Assembly: GCA_021816865.1 (NCBI GenBank)
Contig: JAKAWX010000001.1
Location: forward strand, 40,794 to 104,793
DNA: 64,000 nt
Direction: 5' to 3'
Source of the DNA: Thermoplasmata archaeon
Lineage (GTDB): Archaea > Thermoplasmatota > Thermoplasmata > Lutacidiplasmatales > UBA184
In this document: in pieces, positions 17,101-25,690 of the stretch
Position numbering within the stretch: position 1 is the first letter of the stretch
Layout of the letters: each line of letters begins with the position of its first letter
Notes under the pieces: model-generated
What the model saw: only the letters and a program-made list of their open reading frames with translations
Told to the model about the DNA's origin: nothing
Database searches by the model: none
Made by a program: the position numbers and the translations under genes

Positions 17101-18694
17101 TCGCGGCTTCCGCGGCGCTCGACGCTCGCTCGTAGGAGACGAGCGCGGTCCGGGCGGCCCGGTCACGCTCCGCCGAGCCTTCGGGCTGGTCGTAGGCGAG
17201 CGCGAGCCAGAGGTTCCCTCGCTCGACCGCGACGTCCGTCCGGGTGGGGTCGAGCCGGAAGAGCTCGTCCAGGACCGGCGCCAGGGCCGCAGGGTCGTTC
17301 GTTCGGGAAACAACAGCTTTCTTCTCGAGCAGGTACTCGACCTCGCCCGGGCGCGCGCTCAGGAGCGCGTCGTAGGCTCCGATCGCCCCGGCGAGGTCGC
17401 CTTCGGCGGTCAGGGTACGGGCGAGGGCGAGCCGGGCGGCCGGGTCCCCCGGTTCGTCGGCGAGGATCGCGTTCGCAAAGTCGCGGACGACCTCCGGCCG
17501 CTTCAGCGTTTGCGCGACCTCGAGCCCCTTGCGGATCTCCGCGACCGCGTGCGGATGGGCCGCGCGCAAGGTCCGGTAGGCCTCGACAGCGCCGTCCGCG
17601 TGGCCGAGCGCGAGCTCGATCTCCGCGATCCCGCGCATCGCCTCGAGATTGTCCGGATAGGCCGCGAGCACCGCCCGGCACGCCCCGAGCGCGACGTCGG
17701 ATTTCTCGAGGCGGACCGCGAGCGAGCGGAGTTCGAGGAGGTTCTGCAGGTTGCGGGGCTCGACGTCCCTCAGGCGCTCCCGGGCGGCGAGCGCGAGCTC
17801 GGGCGCCCCCGATTCGGTGAGCGCAGCGACCTCGGCGAGCGCGGGGGCGTCCGGGGGCGCCGAAGTCTCCACGATCGCCTTCACGATCGGCAGGCCCTCG
17901 ACGGTGCGCCCGAGGCGGAAGAGGAGACGGGCGTAGAGGAGGGTCGCGCGGGCATCGTCCGGATGGCCCGCGAGAATCGTCTTGAGCGGCTCGAGAGCGT
18001 CCTCGGTTCGGCCGACCGAGGCGAGGAGCTCGGCGCGCGCGCGCAGGAGGTCGAGGTCGCCGGGGTTCTCCTTGAGCAGCTCTTCGCACGCCGCGAGCGC
18101 GGGCAGGTCCCCGCCGACCGCCCGCGCGAGCTCGAGCTTCGTCCGGAGCACCCGAGGGTCGTGGGGCGCGAGCTTGAGAGCCCGATCGACGTACTGTGTC
18201 GACGCCGCGTCGAGCTGCTGCGCCCGGAGGTACGCCTCGACCGCGTCGGCGGTTTCGCCCTCCAGCCGGAGGGCGTCGCCGCGCGTCGCCCAGAGGCTCT
18301 TGTCGTGCGGGCTCCCTTCGAGCGCCTTGTCCACGAGCGCGACGACCTCGGGAAGGTCCCGGTTCTGCGCCAGGAGGATGAGCGCTTTGTGGTGGAGGAG
18401 GCCGGAGTGGCCCGGGGCGAGCTTGAGCCCGAGGTCGGCGGCCCGGCGGGCGAGCTCGGGCTGGGAGGCTCGCGAGAACGCGAGCGACGCTTCGTCGAGC
18501 CACGGCGCCACCTCGCTGCCGGCTCGCGCCACTTCGGCCGAATGCTGCTCGACGGTCGCCAGGAACGCCTTCAGCGCCCCGAGATGCCGCGGCCGGTCCG
18601 GGCGGGACTCCGCCTCCTGAGCGGCCTGCCAGCGGAGTCGTACCGCCTCGAGCGGGTCGGCCGTACGCTCGGCCGCGGACTCCCGTTCTCCCAT
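14159..18694 (-). CDS. Giant TPR-repeat protein (1511 aa) with C-terminal unknown domain and zinc finger
   Basis: Many A..YD(R)AL..DP-type TPR motifs; C-terminal CVGC..HTC..CQHC..CPKC. ATG at 18694 lies below a TATA-like TTTATC. Confidence 0.88.
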   Translation of the reverse strand: MGERESAAERTADPLEAVRLRWQAAQEAESRPDRPRHLGALKAFLATVEQHSAEVARAGSEVAPWLDEASLAFSRASQPELARRAADLGLKLAPGHSGLLHHKALILLAQNRDLPEVVALVDKALEGSPHDKSLWATRGDALRLEGETADAVEAYLRAQQLDAASTQYVDRALKLAPHDPRVLRTKLELARAVGGDLPALAACEELLKENPGDLDLLRARAELLASVGRTEDALEPLKTILAGHPDDARATLLYARLLFRLGRTVEGLPIVKAIVETSAPPDAPALAEVAALTESGAPELALAARERLRDVEPRNLQNLLELRSLAVRLEKSDVALGACRAVLAAYPDNLEAMRGIAEIELALGHADGAVEAYRTLRAAHPHAVAEIRKGLEVAQTLKRPEVVRDFANAILADEPGDPAARLALARTLTAEGDLAGAIGAYDALLSARPGEVEYLLEKKAVVSRTNDPAALAPVLDELFRLDPTRTDVAVERGNLWLALAYDQPEGSAERDRAARTALVSYERASSAAEAANVAELGIARASRLVGDPERAIEAYRRFLDDPDNARRFDILKELAHTLRETGHYSEANEAYGRAISGGAEDPDLFWGAVEVLALLNQDARALQLLDLLLRREPSNPLFLRKKGQLLLKTGRRAEALSVLQQAVQTTRGDPHAHFEVAEALRAQGAYADAIAYYRQGLTIDPKNRHGRLALAETLQLAGQYSEVVQIVDPLLVEEPNDLAAWKVRGDALRSLGRPSEVLYSLRAILLLEPENGPALLEMYRLHRDAGETREAYDDLTRLLATDAPEASDAALQLDRGDLAAALGLAEEANQAYERAAQVDPVLKVEIAIRRARLRLTAGRPDLALEVLDDGLKAVPEGGPSNLAAQLLRAEILSGLERPAEARGVFEEVRRREPKSPIALAGIAKSMLEEGKHAEAAEFVRAALPQVPPQESLYLLLAEAESGLAHLDVADETLRKGVELLPKSVPLWVRLGELATARQAWSEASDAFAHALSLAPANVEVLLRAGLVAMRLQHPNEALALYDRATAADPNHKQAWTSRGLALVAIGRPTDAVASFDRALALDSDFAPAKEGKKVAVQKTRDTEIQRHGREALLLEARLGRTVTKNDLFVTLHVPYEFLEPVLTTISHADTVDLDHLDAAEVRELENASYHLITSALERRSPGIERRGLTLADVAALAPSSYTLDRIQRLFGYLKAVLETNLKAENLELTPDVEDLARQALGLPAEQRTLFQIVKNLKVGVYKARLIKVVESAGAAAHAPLPALDLGAYSPEFRTSEEPDGEPTGPAEARGAASGASTVSVAPSSDWARPPTAASGAGPRAAGTAHGTSTPVARCVGCGGIASVLHTCSAPLCQHCVGQFPHCPKCGQPITTESTRPLEGVSVHAPSGRPVARPSTGGGGLRGVFQRTKPVALPREGPAKTPPHADHTSKPPSPDRTKGPPATLPVRKEAPNAAAPPKEAKTASKAIPEPPPPPVPAAVRPKREKHDDEPRL

Positions 18695-18787
18695 GAGCGC
18701 TCTCCGACCGCTCCGTGCCGATAAATACGTTCGGACTCGGGGGAACCGAACGCGCCGCTCTCCCGTTCGCTTATCCGTTCTCGGCGG

Positions 18788-20068
18788 GTGGGCGCGGCCG
18801 TGCCGCCCCGAGGGAACCGGTCGGCTCCGCACAAGTTGATCTTCGACCCCGTGCACGGTCCGATCGCCTTCCACGGCGCGCCGCTCGCGCTGCTCGGCAC
18901 GCCCGAGTTCCAGCGGCTGTGGGGCATCCGGCAGACGGGGTTTGCCCACCTCGTGTTCCCGGGGGCGAACCACACGCGGCTCGAACACTCGCTCGGGGCG
19001 TACTGGGTCGCCGAGCAGATGGCCGCGCACCTCGGCCTCGACCCGGCCGCCGTCAGTCGGGTCACGGTCGGCGCGCTCCTCCACGACCTCGGCCACGGGC
19101 CGTTCTCGCACACGCTCGACGGGCCGATGGTCGAAGTGCTCGGCCACGGCCACGAGAGGCTCTCGCGGCGGAGGATCGAGGGCTCCGACCGCGAGTGGCC
19201 GGAGAAGCGGGTCGAGGTCCCGCGGGTCCTCGAACGCCACGGGCACTCGCCCCGGTCGGTCGCCGACCTCGTCGACCCGCCGGGCGATGGCCCCGGTCCC
19301 GCGCTCCTTCGCGAAATCCTCCACGGGGCGGTCGACGCCGACCGCATCGACTACCTGCAGCGCGACGCGTACTACACCGGTGTCGCCCACGGGGCGATCG
19401 ACGCCGTCCGCCTGCTCGACACCGTGCGGTCGGTCCACGGACGGGTCGCGTTCGCGGAGAAGGGCCGCAGCGCGGTCGAGGGGTTCCTGGCCGGTCGGGC
19501 GCTGATGTACTCGTCCGTGTACTACCACAAGACCGTCCGCGCGGCCGAGATGATGGCCCAAGCGGCGTTCGAGCGCCAATCCGGCTACCCCGACGTGGCC
19601 CGGAGCCTCTTCCGCGTCACCGACGGTGAACTCCTCGTGCGGCTCGCCGACGGCGGCCCCGTGAGCGCGGCTCTGGTCCGCGGGCTCCTCGACCGGCGCC
19701 TCTACAAGCGGGCGTACGGAGCCCGTTCGGTGACCCGGTCCACGCGCGCGGCGTGGCGCCGGTTCGTCCGGGCGCCCCCGGAGCGACGGGCGCTCGAGGA
19801 CGAGATCGCCGGGCGCGCTCGGGCGCCGCCCGGCTCGGTCCTCATCGACCTTGCCGGCCTCGAGCCCCGCGGCGTCCCCGAGGAGGACTGGGACCGCCTC
19901 GGCCTGCAGGTCGGCGCGAGGACCACGTACCCGTTCCGGGCGCCGAGTCCGTGGCACGCGCTCGCCACGCGCGCTCCCGCCGACTGGCCCGTCAGCGTCT
20001 TCGCGGCCCCGCGGTGGCGCGCTTCGGTGGCGCGGGTGCTGTCGACCGGCCGCGTCGCGCTCCCGTAG
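18788..20068 (+). CDS. HD-domain dNTP triphosphohydrolase (SAMHD1/YdhJ-like)
   Basis: DPVHG, FQRL..IRQTG, HTRLEHSLG, LLHDLGHGPFSH, DADRIDYLQRD, VYYHK. Confidence 0.93.
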   Translation: MGAAVPPRGNRSAPHKLIFDPVHGPIAFHGAPLALLGTPEFQRLWGIRQTGFAHLVFPGANHTRLEHSLGAYWVAEQMAAHLGLDPAAVSRVTVGALLHDLGHGPFSHTLDGPMVEVLGHGHERLSRRRIEGSDREWPEKRVEVPRVLERHGHSPRSVADLVDPPGDGPGPALLREILHGAVDADRIDYLQRDAYYTGVAHGAIDAVRLLDTVRSVHGRVAFAEKGRSAVEGFLAGRALMYSSVYYHKTVRAAEMMAQAAFERQSGYPDVARSLFRVTDGELLVRLADGGPVSAALVRGLLDRRLYKRAYGARSVTRSTRAAWRRFVRAPPERRALEDEIAGRARAPPGSVLIDLAGLEPRGVPEEDWDRLGLQVGARTTYPFRAPSPWHALATRAPADWPVSVFAAPRWRASVARVLSTGRVALP

Positions 20069-20489
20069 ACAAGGGCGGCCGGGCCGCCGTGTCCTCGTGG
20101 GCCATCAATCGGTCCCACGTGTCGTCGGGGACCCGCACCACGGAGAGGCGCGGCAGCCGCACGAGGTCGAAGCCGGCGAGCGCCGGGTCGGCTTTCACTT
20201 CGGCGAGGGGGATGGGGCGACGGAGGGCCCGGACCGGCGCGACCTCGACCGACCAGGAGCCCCGGGGGTCCGTCGGGTCCGGGTGCGGCGCGGCCAGGAC
20301 CTTCACTAGTCCGACGAGCGCGCGCTCCGTACCGGTGTGGTAGAAGATCGCGCGCTCCCCTACGGACATCGACCGGAGATTTCGCAGGGCGAGGGCATTG
20401 TGGACGCCGTTCCAGTCGGTCCGCCCGTCCCGGACCAGGTCGGTCCAGGCGTAGTGATCCGGCTCTTCCTTCAGGATCCAGTGTGCCAC
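19992..20489 (-). CDS. EVE domain protein
   Basis: HWILKEEP, WNGVHN..A, FYHTG, RLPRLSV. Confidence 0.9.
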   Translation of the reverse strand: MAHWILKEEPDHYAWTDLVRDGRTDWNGVHNALALRNLRSMSVGERAIFYHTGTERALVGLVKVLAAPHPDPTDPRGSWSVEVAPVRALRRPIPLAEVKADPALAGFDLVRLPRLSVVRVPDDTWDRLMAHEDTAARPPLSTGARRGRSTAPAPPKRATAGPRRR

Positions 20490-20688
20490 GCGACGGGATA
20501 CGGCCGCTCCCTCTTAGTCCTGGCTGGGGCCCCCCGAGCGACGGCGCGGCGGCCGAACCCGGACCGGAGGGGAGCCCATCGCTCCCCCCCGTGGGCGTTC
20601 GGCCGCGGCCGGCCCGTAGCGTGCGGGGTCCCGGACAGGTCGCCCGGTCGGGTCGCCCGGACGGGTCGGGGCCTCCGCGGCCCCCCGG

Positions 20689-21468
20689 CTAGCCGAGGAG
20701 GATCCCCTGGTGCGTGATGAGGAACGGTCGACGTTCCGGGTCGTGGGCGCAGCCGCGCATCCGGACGATCTTGATCTGGCGGACCGAGCGGTCGCCGACC
20801 CACTTCCGCGTCAGGAGGATCTCCCCGCGCGTCAGGACCTCCTCGGGCGTTAGAACGCCGGGGTCCTTCGGTGTCGCCGTGATGAGCGCGGTGACCCCGG
20901 ACTCCGAGAAGAAGCGCAGGAGCGACTGTATCTCCGTCCGTTCGGCCTGCGGGTCCGCGGACGCCTTGATCGTGAACCGGCGGATCGACGTGATCGAATC
21001 GACCAGGACCCGGCGGAACGGGACGTCCGCCATCTGCTGCCGGAGCTTGAGCTGGATCGACTGGATCGAGATCTCTTCGGCGTCCCCGCCGCGCTTCGCC
21101 TCGAGCGAGAGGTCGCGCATCGACTTGAGGTCGGTCATCGTCCGGATCTCTTGCACGGCCATGTTGCGCTTGATCGCGCGGGTTCCCGGGTTCGCTTCGA
21201 GGGTCTGGATGGCCGAGAGGTCCCAGCCGAACGACTGGACGTTCTCGATGATCTCGTTGGGCGGCTCGTCGACGGCGACGAGCAGGACCTTCTCGCCTCG
21301 GCGCAGGCCCTCGAGGAGGAACGTGAGGCCGAGGAGGGTCTTCCCGCTGCCCGACCCCCCAGTGACGAGGTACGGCCGGCCCGCCACGAGCCCTCCGCCG
21401 AGCATGCGGTCGAGGCCCGGGATCCCGGTCGCGACGCGGTGCTCCGCCAGGAGGGCGCTCGCGCTCAC
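20689..21468 (-). CDS. KaiC/RAD55-family single-domain ATPase
   Basis: TGIPGLDRMLGGG, GGSGSGKT, VDSIT, IVRMRG. GTG start overlaps the upstream stop. Confidence 0.9.
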   Translation of the reverse strand: MSASALLAEHRVATGIPGLDRMLGGGLVAGRPYLVTGGSGSGKTLLGLTFLLEGLRRGEKVLLVAVDEPPNEIIENVQSFGWDLSAIQTLEANPGTRAIKRNMAVQEIRTMTDLKSMRDLSLEAKRGGDAEEISIQSIQLKLRQQMADVPFRRVLVDSITSIRRFTIKASADPQAERTEIQSLLRFFSESGVTALITATPKDPGVLTPEEVLTRGEILLTRKWVGDRSVRQIKIVRMRGCAHDPERRPFLITHQGILLG

Positions 21469-23936
21469 GGCCCCTCCGTCCGAGTCGTGCTCTCCGCCGG
21501 TACCGGCGGATCGACCGGTTCGGCGGCGGGCGGCGCTGCCGGCGACGGGTCGGCCGGGGGAATCGCCACCGCGGTCGCGGCGAGCACGGTCGGCGCCTTC
21601 CGCTTGCGCGGGGCTCGTCGCTTCGGCTTCGTCGACGGGCCCGTCGCGACGGGCAAGGCCCCCGTCGCCTCCGTGGGGGGAGAGGCGGCCGCCGGGGCGG
21701 GGCCCCCGATGGTAGCCGGCGGTGCCGGGACCTCTTCCCGACGAGGCCGCGAAGGCCCGGCCCGGCCCGACTCGGACGGTCGGCGGCGTCGTTTCGCGGC
21801 GGAGGCGGGTTTGGTCGAGGGACGGCCACGGACCGACGCTCCTTCCGCGGGGACCGCCCCTACCGTGGCGCCGGTGAGCGCCGGCGCCGGGGTCGTCGCG
21901 GGGGTCGGCCCCCGTTCGAACGCGGGCGACGTGGTCTCGATCGACGCCGGGCCCAGAATCGTCGGGAGGGGAGGTCGACCCCCGTCGGAGACGGGGCGGT
22001 TCTCCAACGGAGGGAACCGGTCGACCCCTAGCTCGGGTCGGGTCGACGCCGACACGAGCTTCCGGTCGGGGAAGGCCACCGGCAGAGGCGGCACGGGCCG
22101 TGGGGTGGCGGCCGCCGCGGACTCCGGGCTCATCGGCGGACGGCTCCGGGAGGAGTCGACCGCTGCGGAGGGTTGGGGTCCGGCCTCCAGGGGGACCGCG
22201 CCGGGCTCGCCGCCGGCCACCGCTCCCTCCGGCGCCCACCCGCTCCGCCCGGCGCCGGACGACCTCTCGGGAATCGGAGACGCCGGCGTGGTCTCCCGCG
22301 CGATCGGGGAGAAGAACCGGTCCGTACCGTTCGACGGCGCGCCCACGGCCCCGCCGGGGGTCGGCACGAGCGCCGCCACAAGACCGGGCGACTCGGCCCG
22401 GTCCCGGGCGACCGTCGCGTCCGGCCCTTCGGGGAGCTCGGCCAACGTTCTGGACGACGTTCCGAGGTCCGGGCCGATCACGGTGGCCGTCGGTTCGACC
22501 TCGGGTTCGGCCCCCGGGGATTCGATCGAAGATGGGAGGCTCGCATCGACGGCCGGCCCCGCCGGTGTCGACGGCATCCCCGCATCGTCCTCGACGACCG
22601 CCCCTTCCTCACCGACCGGGGCGGGCCTTTCGGCGACCGCGCTGTCCCAAACCCCCGCCCGGGCGAGGGAGGACTCATCCACCGGCGCCATCGGCTCGGT
22701 CGGAGCGGGGGGGATCAGCGAGAGGACCCAAGCGAGCTGAACCTCGAGGATGCGCCGGGGCGGCAACCGTAGCGGCGGAAGGCCCGTGCGCGCCGACTCG
22801 CTGCGCTGACGGATCCTCTGATACGCTTCGGCGACCTTCGGGTCCGGGCCCGCGGACCGAGCGACCTCCCCCCGCAGTCCGTCGACGAGCCCGATGACGC
22901 ACGCCGAGACCCGGGAGAGATGGCCGCGAGCGGCGTCGAGGTCGCCGGCCGTGACGGCGCCGAGCGCCGACTCGAGCTCGACGCGGACCGGCCGGACGTC
23001 AGCGCCAACGAGCACGAGGTCACGGACCTCGTCCGCGAGGGGGTCGACCGGGGAGGTCGTCTCCTCGGCCGAATCCGCGGGCGGGGCGACCACGGTTCGC
23101 TCCGTCGTGTGCACCGCCTCGATGATCTGGCGCGTGTCGCGCGAGATCGTGGTCGAGAGCTGGATGTCGATCCCGTGGGGCCCGATGCGGTAGGGGTGGA
23201 GGCGCACGTCGTGTGGGCTTCCGCGAAACTTCTCGACGCCGATCGCACGGACGGACCGGCTCTCGAGCTCCCAGCGAAAGAGCCGTATCTCGCCCCGCGC
23301 GAGCATCCGCTCGGGCGTCTCGACGTCTTCGAGCGGGGACTCGACCGTCAGGAGCGTCGTGACCCTCAGGTCGGAGAGGAACCGCAGGAACGCCTGAGCG
23401 CCGGCGATCGGGTCGAACCCCTTCATGCAGAAGTACTGCAGGGCCGTCAGGGAGTCGACCGCGATACGGGAGTACCCCCGCCGGACGACCTCGGTCCGGA
23501 GCATCTGCTCGAGACCGGCCATGGTGACCTCGACCGCCGAGAGCTCGGGCGAAGTGCGGATCGTGAGAGGGATCTCCTTGAAGGGCGTCGCGTTCCGCAC
23601 GGAGGCGATGTCCTTGAACGGCGCTCGCTCGTAGCGCATGATGTCGGGGATCGCGTCGAAGACATCGACCTCGTCGAGCGCGGGCCCGAGACCCCGGTGG
23701 TTGATCCGCGTCTCGTTCGGGGGTTCCTCGACCGTGACGAGGAGCACGCGCTCGCCGTGACGGACCCCCTCGCACAGGAACTGGAGGGCGACCGTGGTCT
23801 TGCCCGTACCCGACGGTCCCACGATCAGGTACGGTCGACGGCCGACCAGGCCACCCTGGAGCATGGTGTCCAGTTCCGGGTTCCCGGTCGAAACGCGACC
23901 CTCCGGAAGCCCCGTGGAGACCTTCTCGCTCGGCAT
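21465..23936 (-). CDS. KaiC/RAD55-family ATPase with helical module and long disordered tail
   Basis: TGNPELDTMLQGG, GPSGTGKT, VEEP, VDSLT, VEKFRGS; about 430 aa of Pro/Ala-rich C-terminus. Confidence 0.88.
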   Translation of the reverse strand: MPSEKVSTGLPEGRVSTGNPELDTMLQGGLVGRRPYLIVGPSGTGKTTVALQFLCEGVRHGERVLLVTVEEPPNETRINHRGLGPALDEVDVFDAIPDIMRYERAPFKDIASVRNATPFKEIPLTIRTSPELSAVEVTMAGLEQMLRTEVVRRGYSRIAVDSLTALQYFCMKGFDPIAGAQAFLRFLSDLRVTTLLTVESPLEDVETPERMLARGEIRLFRWELESRSVRAIGVEKFRGSPHDVRLHPYRIGPHGIDIQLSTTISRDTRQIIEAVHTTERTVVAPPADSAEETTSPVDPLADEVRDLVLVGADVRPVRVELESALGAVTAGDLDAARGHLSRVSACVIGLVDGLRGEVARSAGPDPKVAEAYQRIRQRSESARTGLPPLRLPPRRILEVQLAWVLSLIPPAPTEPMAPVDESSLARAGVWDSAVAERPAPVGEEGAVVEDDAGMPSTPAGPAVDASLPSSIESPGAEPEVEPTATVIGPDLGTSSRTLAELPEGPDATVARDRAESPGLVAALVPTPGGAVGAPSNGTDRFFSPIARETTPASPIPERSSGAGRSGWAPEGAVAGGEPGAVPLEAGPQPSAAVDSSRSRPPMSPESAAAATPRPVPPLPVAFPDRKLVSASTRPELGVDRFPPLENRPVSDGGRPPLPTILGPASIETTSPAFERGPTPATTPAPALTGATVGAVPAEGASVRGRPSTKPASAAKRRRRPSESGRAGPSRPRREEVPAPPATIGGPAPAAASPPTEATGALPVATGPSTKPKRRAPRKRKAPTVLAATAVAIPPADPSPAAPPAAEPVDPPVPAESTTRTEGP

Positions 23937-24065
23937 GGCCTACCCCCTCCGGACCATCGGCTCTCGCCCGGTCGGTGAACGATGGGAGGCCGTGCTTCAA
24001 GTAGTTTCCTCGATAGAGGCGGCGCCCCGTAAGGACTATCTCCCGGCAAGCCAGCGGGGAAAACC

Positions 24066-25109
24066 ATGCCGCGCCCCACTTCGGACGGAGCCGCTACCAT
24101 GCTCGGGCTTGCCGCCGCGCTCCCGACGGCGTTCGGGGAGAGTTTCCGCCGAGGGCGGGACGTCGCCCCACCCCCGGGCCGGGGCCCCCCGGAGGTCGTC
24201 CTCGTCGGCATGGGAGGCTCGGGGATCGCCGCCGAGCTCGCGCGCGGAACCGTCGAGGCGGAGACCCGGGTCCGCCTCGCGGTCGTCCGCTCGGCCGAGA
24301 TGCCACGGTACCTCGGACCGGAGAGCCACGTGGTGCTCGTGAGCTACTCGGGCAACACGTGGGAGACCCTGCGCGCCTACGACGCGGCGGGTCGGGCGGG
24401 CGCGCAGCGCACCGTGCTGACCTCGGGCGGGGCCCTCGGCGATCGGGCCGTCCGTGATTCGGCCCGGCTCCTGCCGATCCCGACGGGGATGCCTCCCCGC
24501 TCGGCGGTCGGCCACCTCCTCGGGGCGATCCTTGGGCTCCTCGACCCGCACTTCCCCGAGTCGAACGAGTCGCGTGTCGGAAGGATCGTGGACCGGGCGC
24601 ACCGCTTGGTGCGGGAGTACGCCCGGCCCAACGGCCCGGCCGCCGCGATCGCCGAGCGCATCGGCCCCCGGTTGCCGCTCGTGTACGCCGAGAGCGGGTT
24701 CCTCGGCCTCGCCCGCCGGTGGAAGACGCAGGTCGAGGAGAACGCGAAGCGGCTCGCCGCATTCGATGAGGTTCCCGAGCTGTTCCACAACGCGATCGTC
24801 GGGTGGGATGCGATGCGGCGAACGGAGGCGGGTCGGTACGCGGCCGTGCTCCTCGAATGGTCGGGCGAACATGCGCTCTTGCGCCAGAGCTACCGGTACC
24901 TCGAACGCCTGCTGGCACGCAAAGGAGTGCGAGTCGTCCGCGTTCCCCTGGCCGCCGAGGACCGCCTCGAGGCCCTGGTCGGCGGGATCTCGCTCGGCGA
25001 CCATGCGAGCCTCTTCCTCGCTGACCGGCGCCGGGTCGACCCGCTGCCGGTCGAGGCGATCGGCCGCCTCAAGGCCGCCGTGAAGGGGCCCGGGCCCCCG
25101 GTCCACTAG
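24066..25109 (+). CDS. Bifunctional phosphoglucose/phosphomannose isomerase (SIS)
   Basis: GMGGSG, SYSGNTWET, PPRSA, RWKTQVEENAK, PELFHN. Confidence 0.92.
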   Translation: MPRPTSDGAATMLGLAAALPTAFGESFRRGRDVAPPPGRGPPEVVLVGMGGSGIAAELARGTVEAETRVRLAVVRSAEMPRYLGPESHVVLVSYSGNTWETLRAYDAAGRAGAQRTVLTSGGALGDRAVRDSARLLPIPTGMPPRSAVGHLLGAILGLLDPHFPESNESRVGRIVDRAHRLVREYARPNGPAAAIAERIGPRLPLVYAESGFLGLARRWKTQVEENAKRLAAFDEVPELFHNAIVGWDAMRRTEAGRYAAVLLEWSGEHALLRQSYRYLERLLARKGVRVVRVPLAAEDRLEALVGGISLGDHASLFLADRRRVDPLPVEAIGRLKAAVKGPGPPVH

Positions 25110-25245
25110 ACCACCCGCCGGAGGCGACCGGCCTCTCCGACCGGAGGGGCTACGACCCTCGCCTCTCTCGGGTACGCGGTGGCGACGCGGGCGGGGCCCG
25201 CGGCGGCAAACCCCTAAAAGCGGGCGCCGCTCCCCTCGCTCGGGT

Positions 25246-25365
25246 GCTGAGGTAGCCTAGCTCGGCCAAGGCGCCAGATTCGAGATCTGGTGATGCGTAT
25301 GCATCGCGGGAGTTCAAAAGGCGTCCGGGAATCCCCCCGGGCGGCAGGGAGTCTCCCCCTCAGCG
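25246..25365 (+). tRNA. tRNA-Ser(CGA) with 33-nt intron at position 59/60 (25319-25351)
   Basis: Acceptor GCTGAGG/CCTCAGC + G73; CCAGA-TTCGAGA-TCTGG; variable arm GATGC-GTAT-GCATC; T-stem GGGAG/CTCCC interrupted after TTCAAA; TATA-like CCTAAAAG upstream. Confidence 0.92.
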
Positions 25366-25388
25366 CTTCCCCTTCCTCCGTCCGGGTC

Positions 25389-25592
25389 GTGCTCGAGATC
25401 ACCCGGGGTTCGTCCGTCGACCGACGCGACCATGTGGTCGATTCGGGGACGAGCGTTCGCGCGGTGCTCCGCCGGGCCGGGCAGCCCGGCGAAGGCTGCG
25501 CCGTCCTGCTCGACGGCACGCCGATCCCCCTGGACACCCCGATCGACCGTGCGCTGACGCTCGTGGTCGTGCCGACGTTCTCGGGCGGGTGA
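25389..25592 (+). CDS. Ubiquitin-like MoaD/ThiS (SAMP-type) protein
   Basis: Beta-grasp pattern AVLLDG.PIP.D and C-terminal SGG. Start uncertain; GTG 25389 is the first in-frame start after the tRNA. Confidence 0.75.
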   Translation: MLEITRGSSVDRRDHVVDSGTSVRAVLRRAGQPGEGCAVLLDGTPIPLDTPIDRALTLVVVPTFSGG

Positions 25593-25690
25593 CTCCGGCG
25601 AGGCGTAAAACTCCGGCCGGCGGGTCCGTTCGCCGAACGCAAGCCCTTAAGGTCACGGCCACCGTTTCTCACACCGCATAGGGTCGCACC

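Noticed and set aside
14180..18724. 1514-aa plus-strand ORF, and similar long ORFs at 1093-3096, 5105-7111, 32583-34937, 42912-45056 and 51969-53969
   Set aside because: Antisense or alternative-frame shadows of motif-bearing genes in very GC-rich DNA; low-complexity Arg/Gly/Pro products with no motifs.
18695..19957. N-terminal 420 aa of the 1932-aa ORF in the track
   Set aside because: Overlaps the HD hydrolase on the opposite strand; TPR-like sequence starts at ATG 18694.
19992..20068. Convergent 3' overlaps (HD/EVE here; purN/ParB-like at 31085-31145)
   Set aside because: The overlapping tails are low-complexity extensions expected where stop codons are rare in GC-rich DNA.
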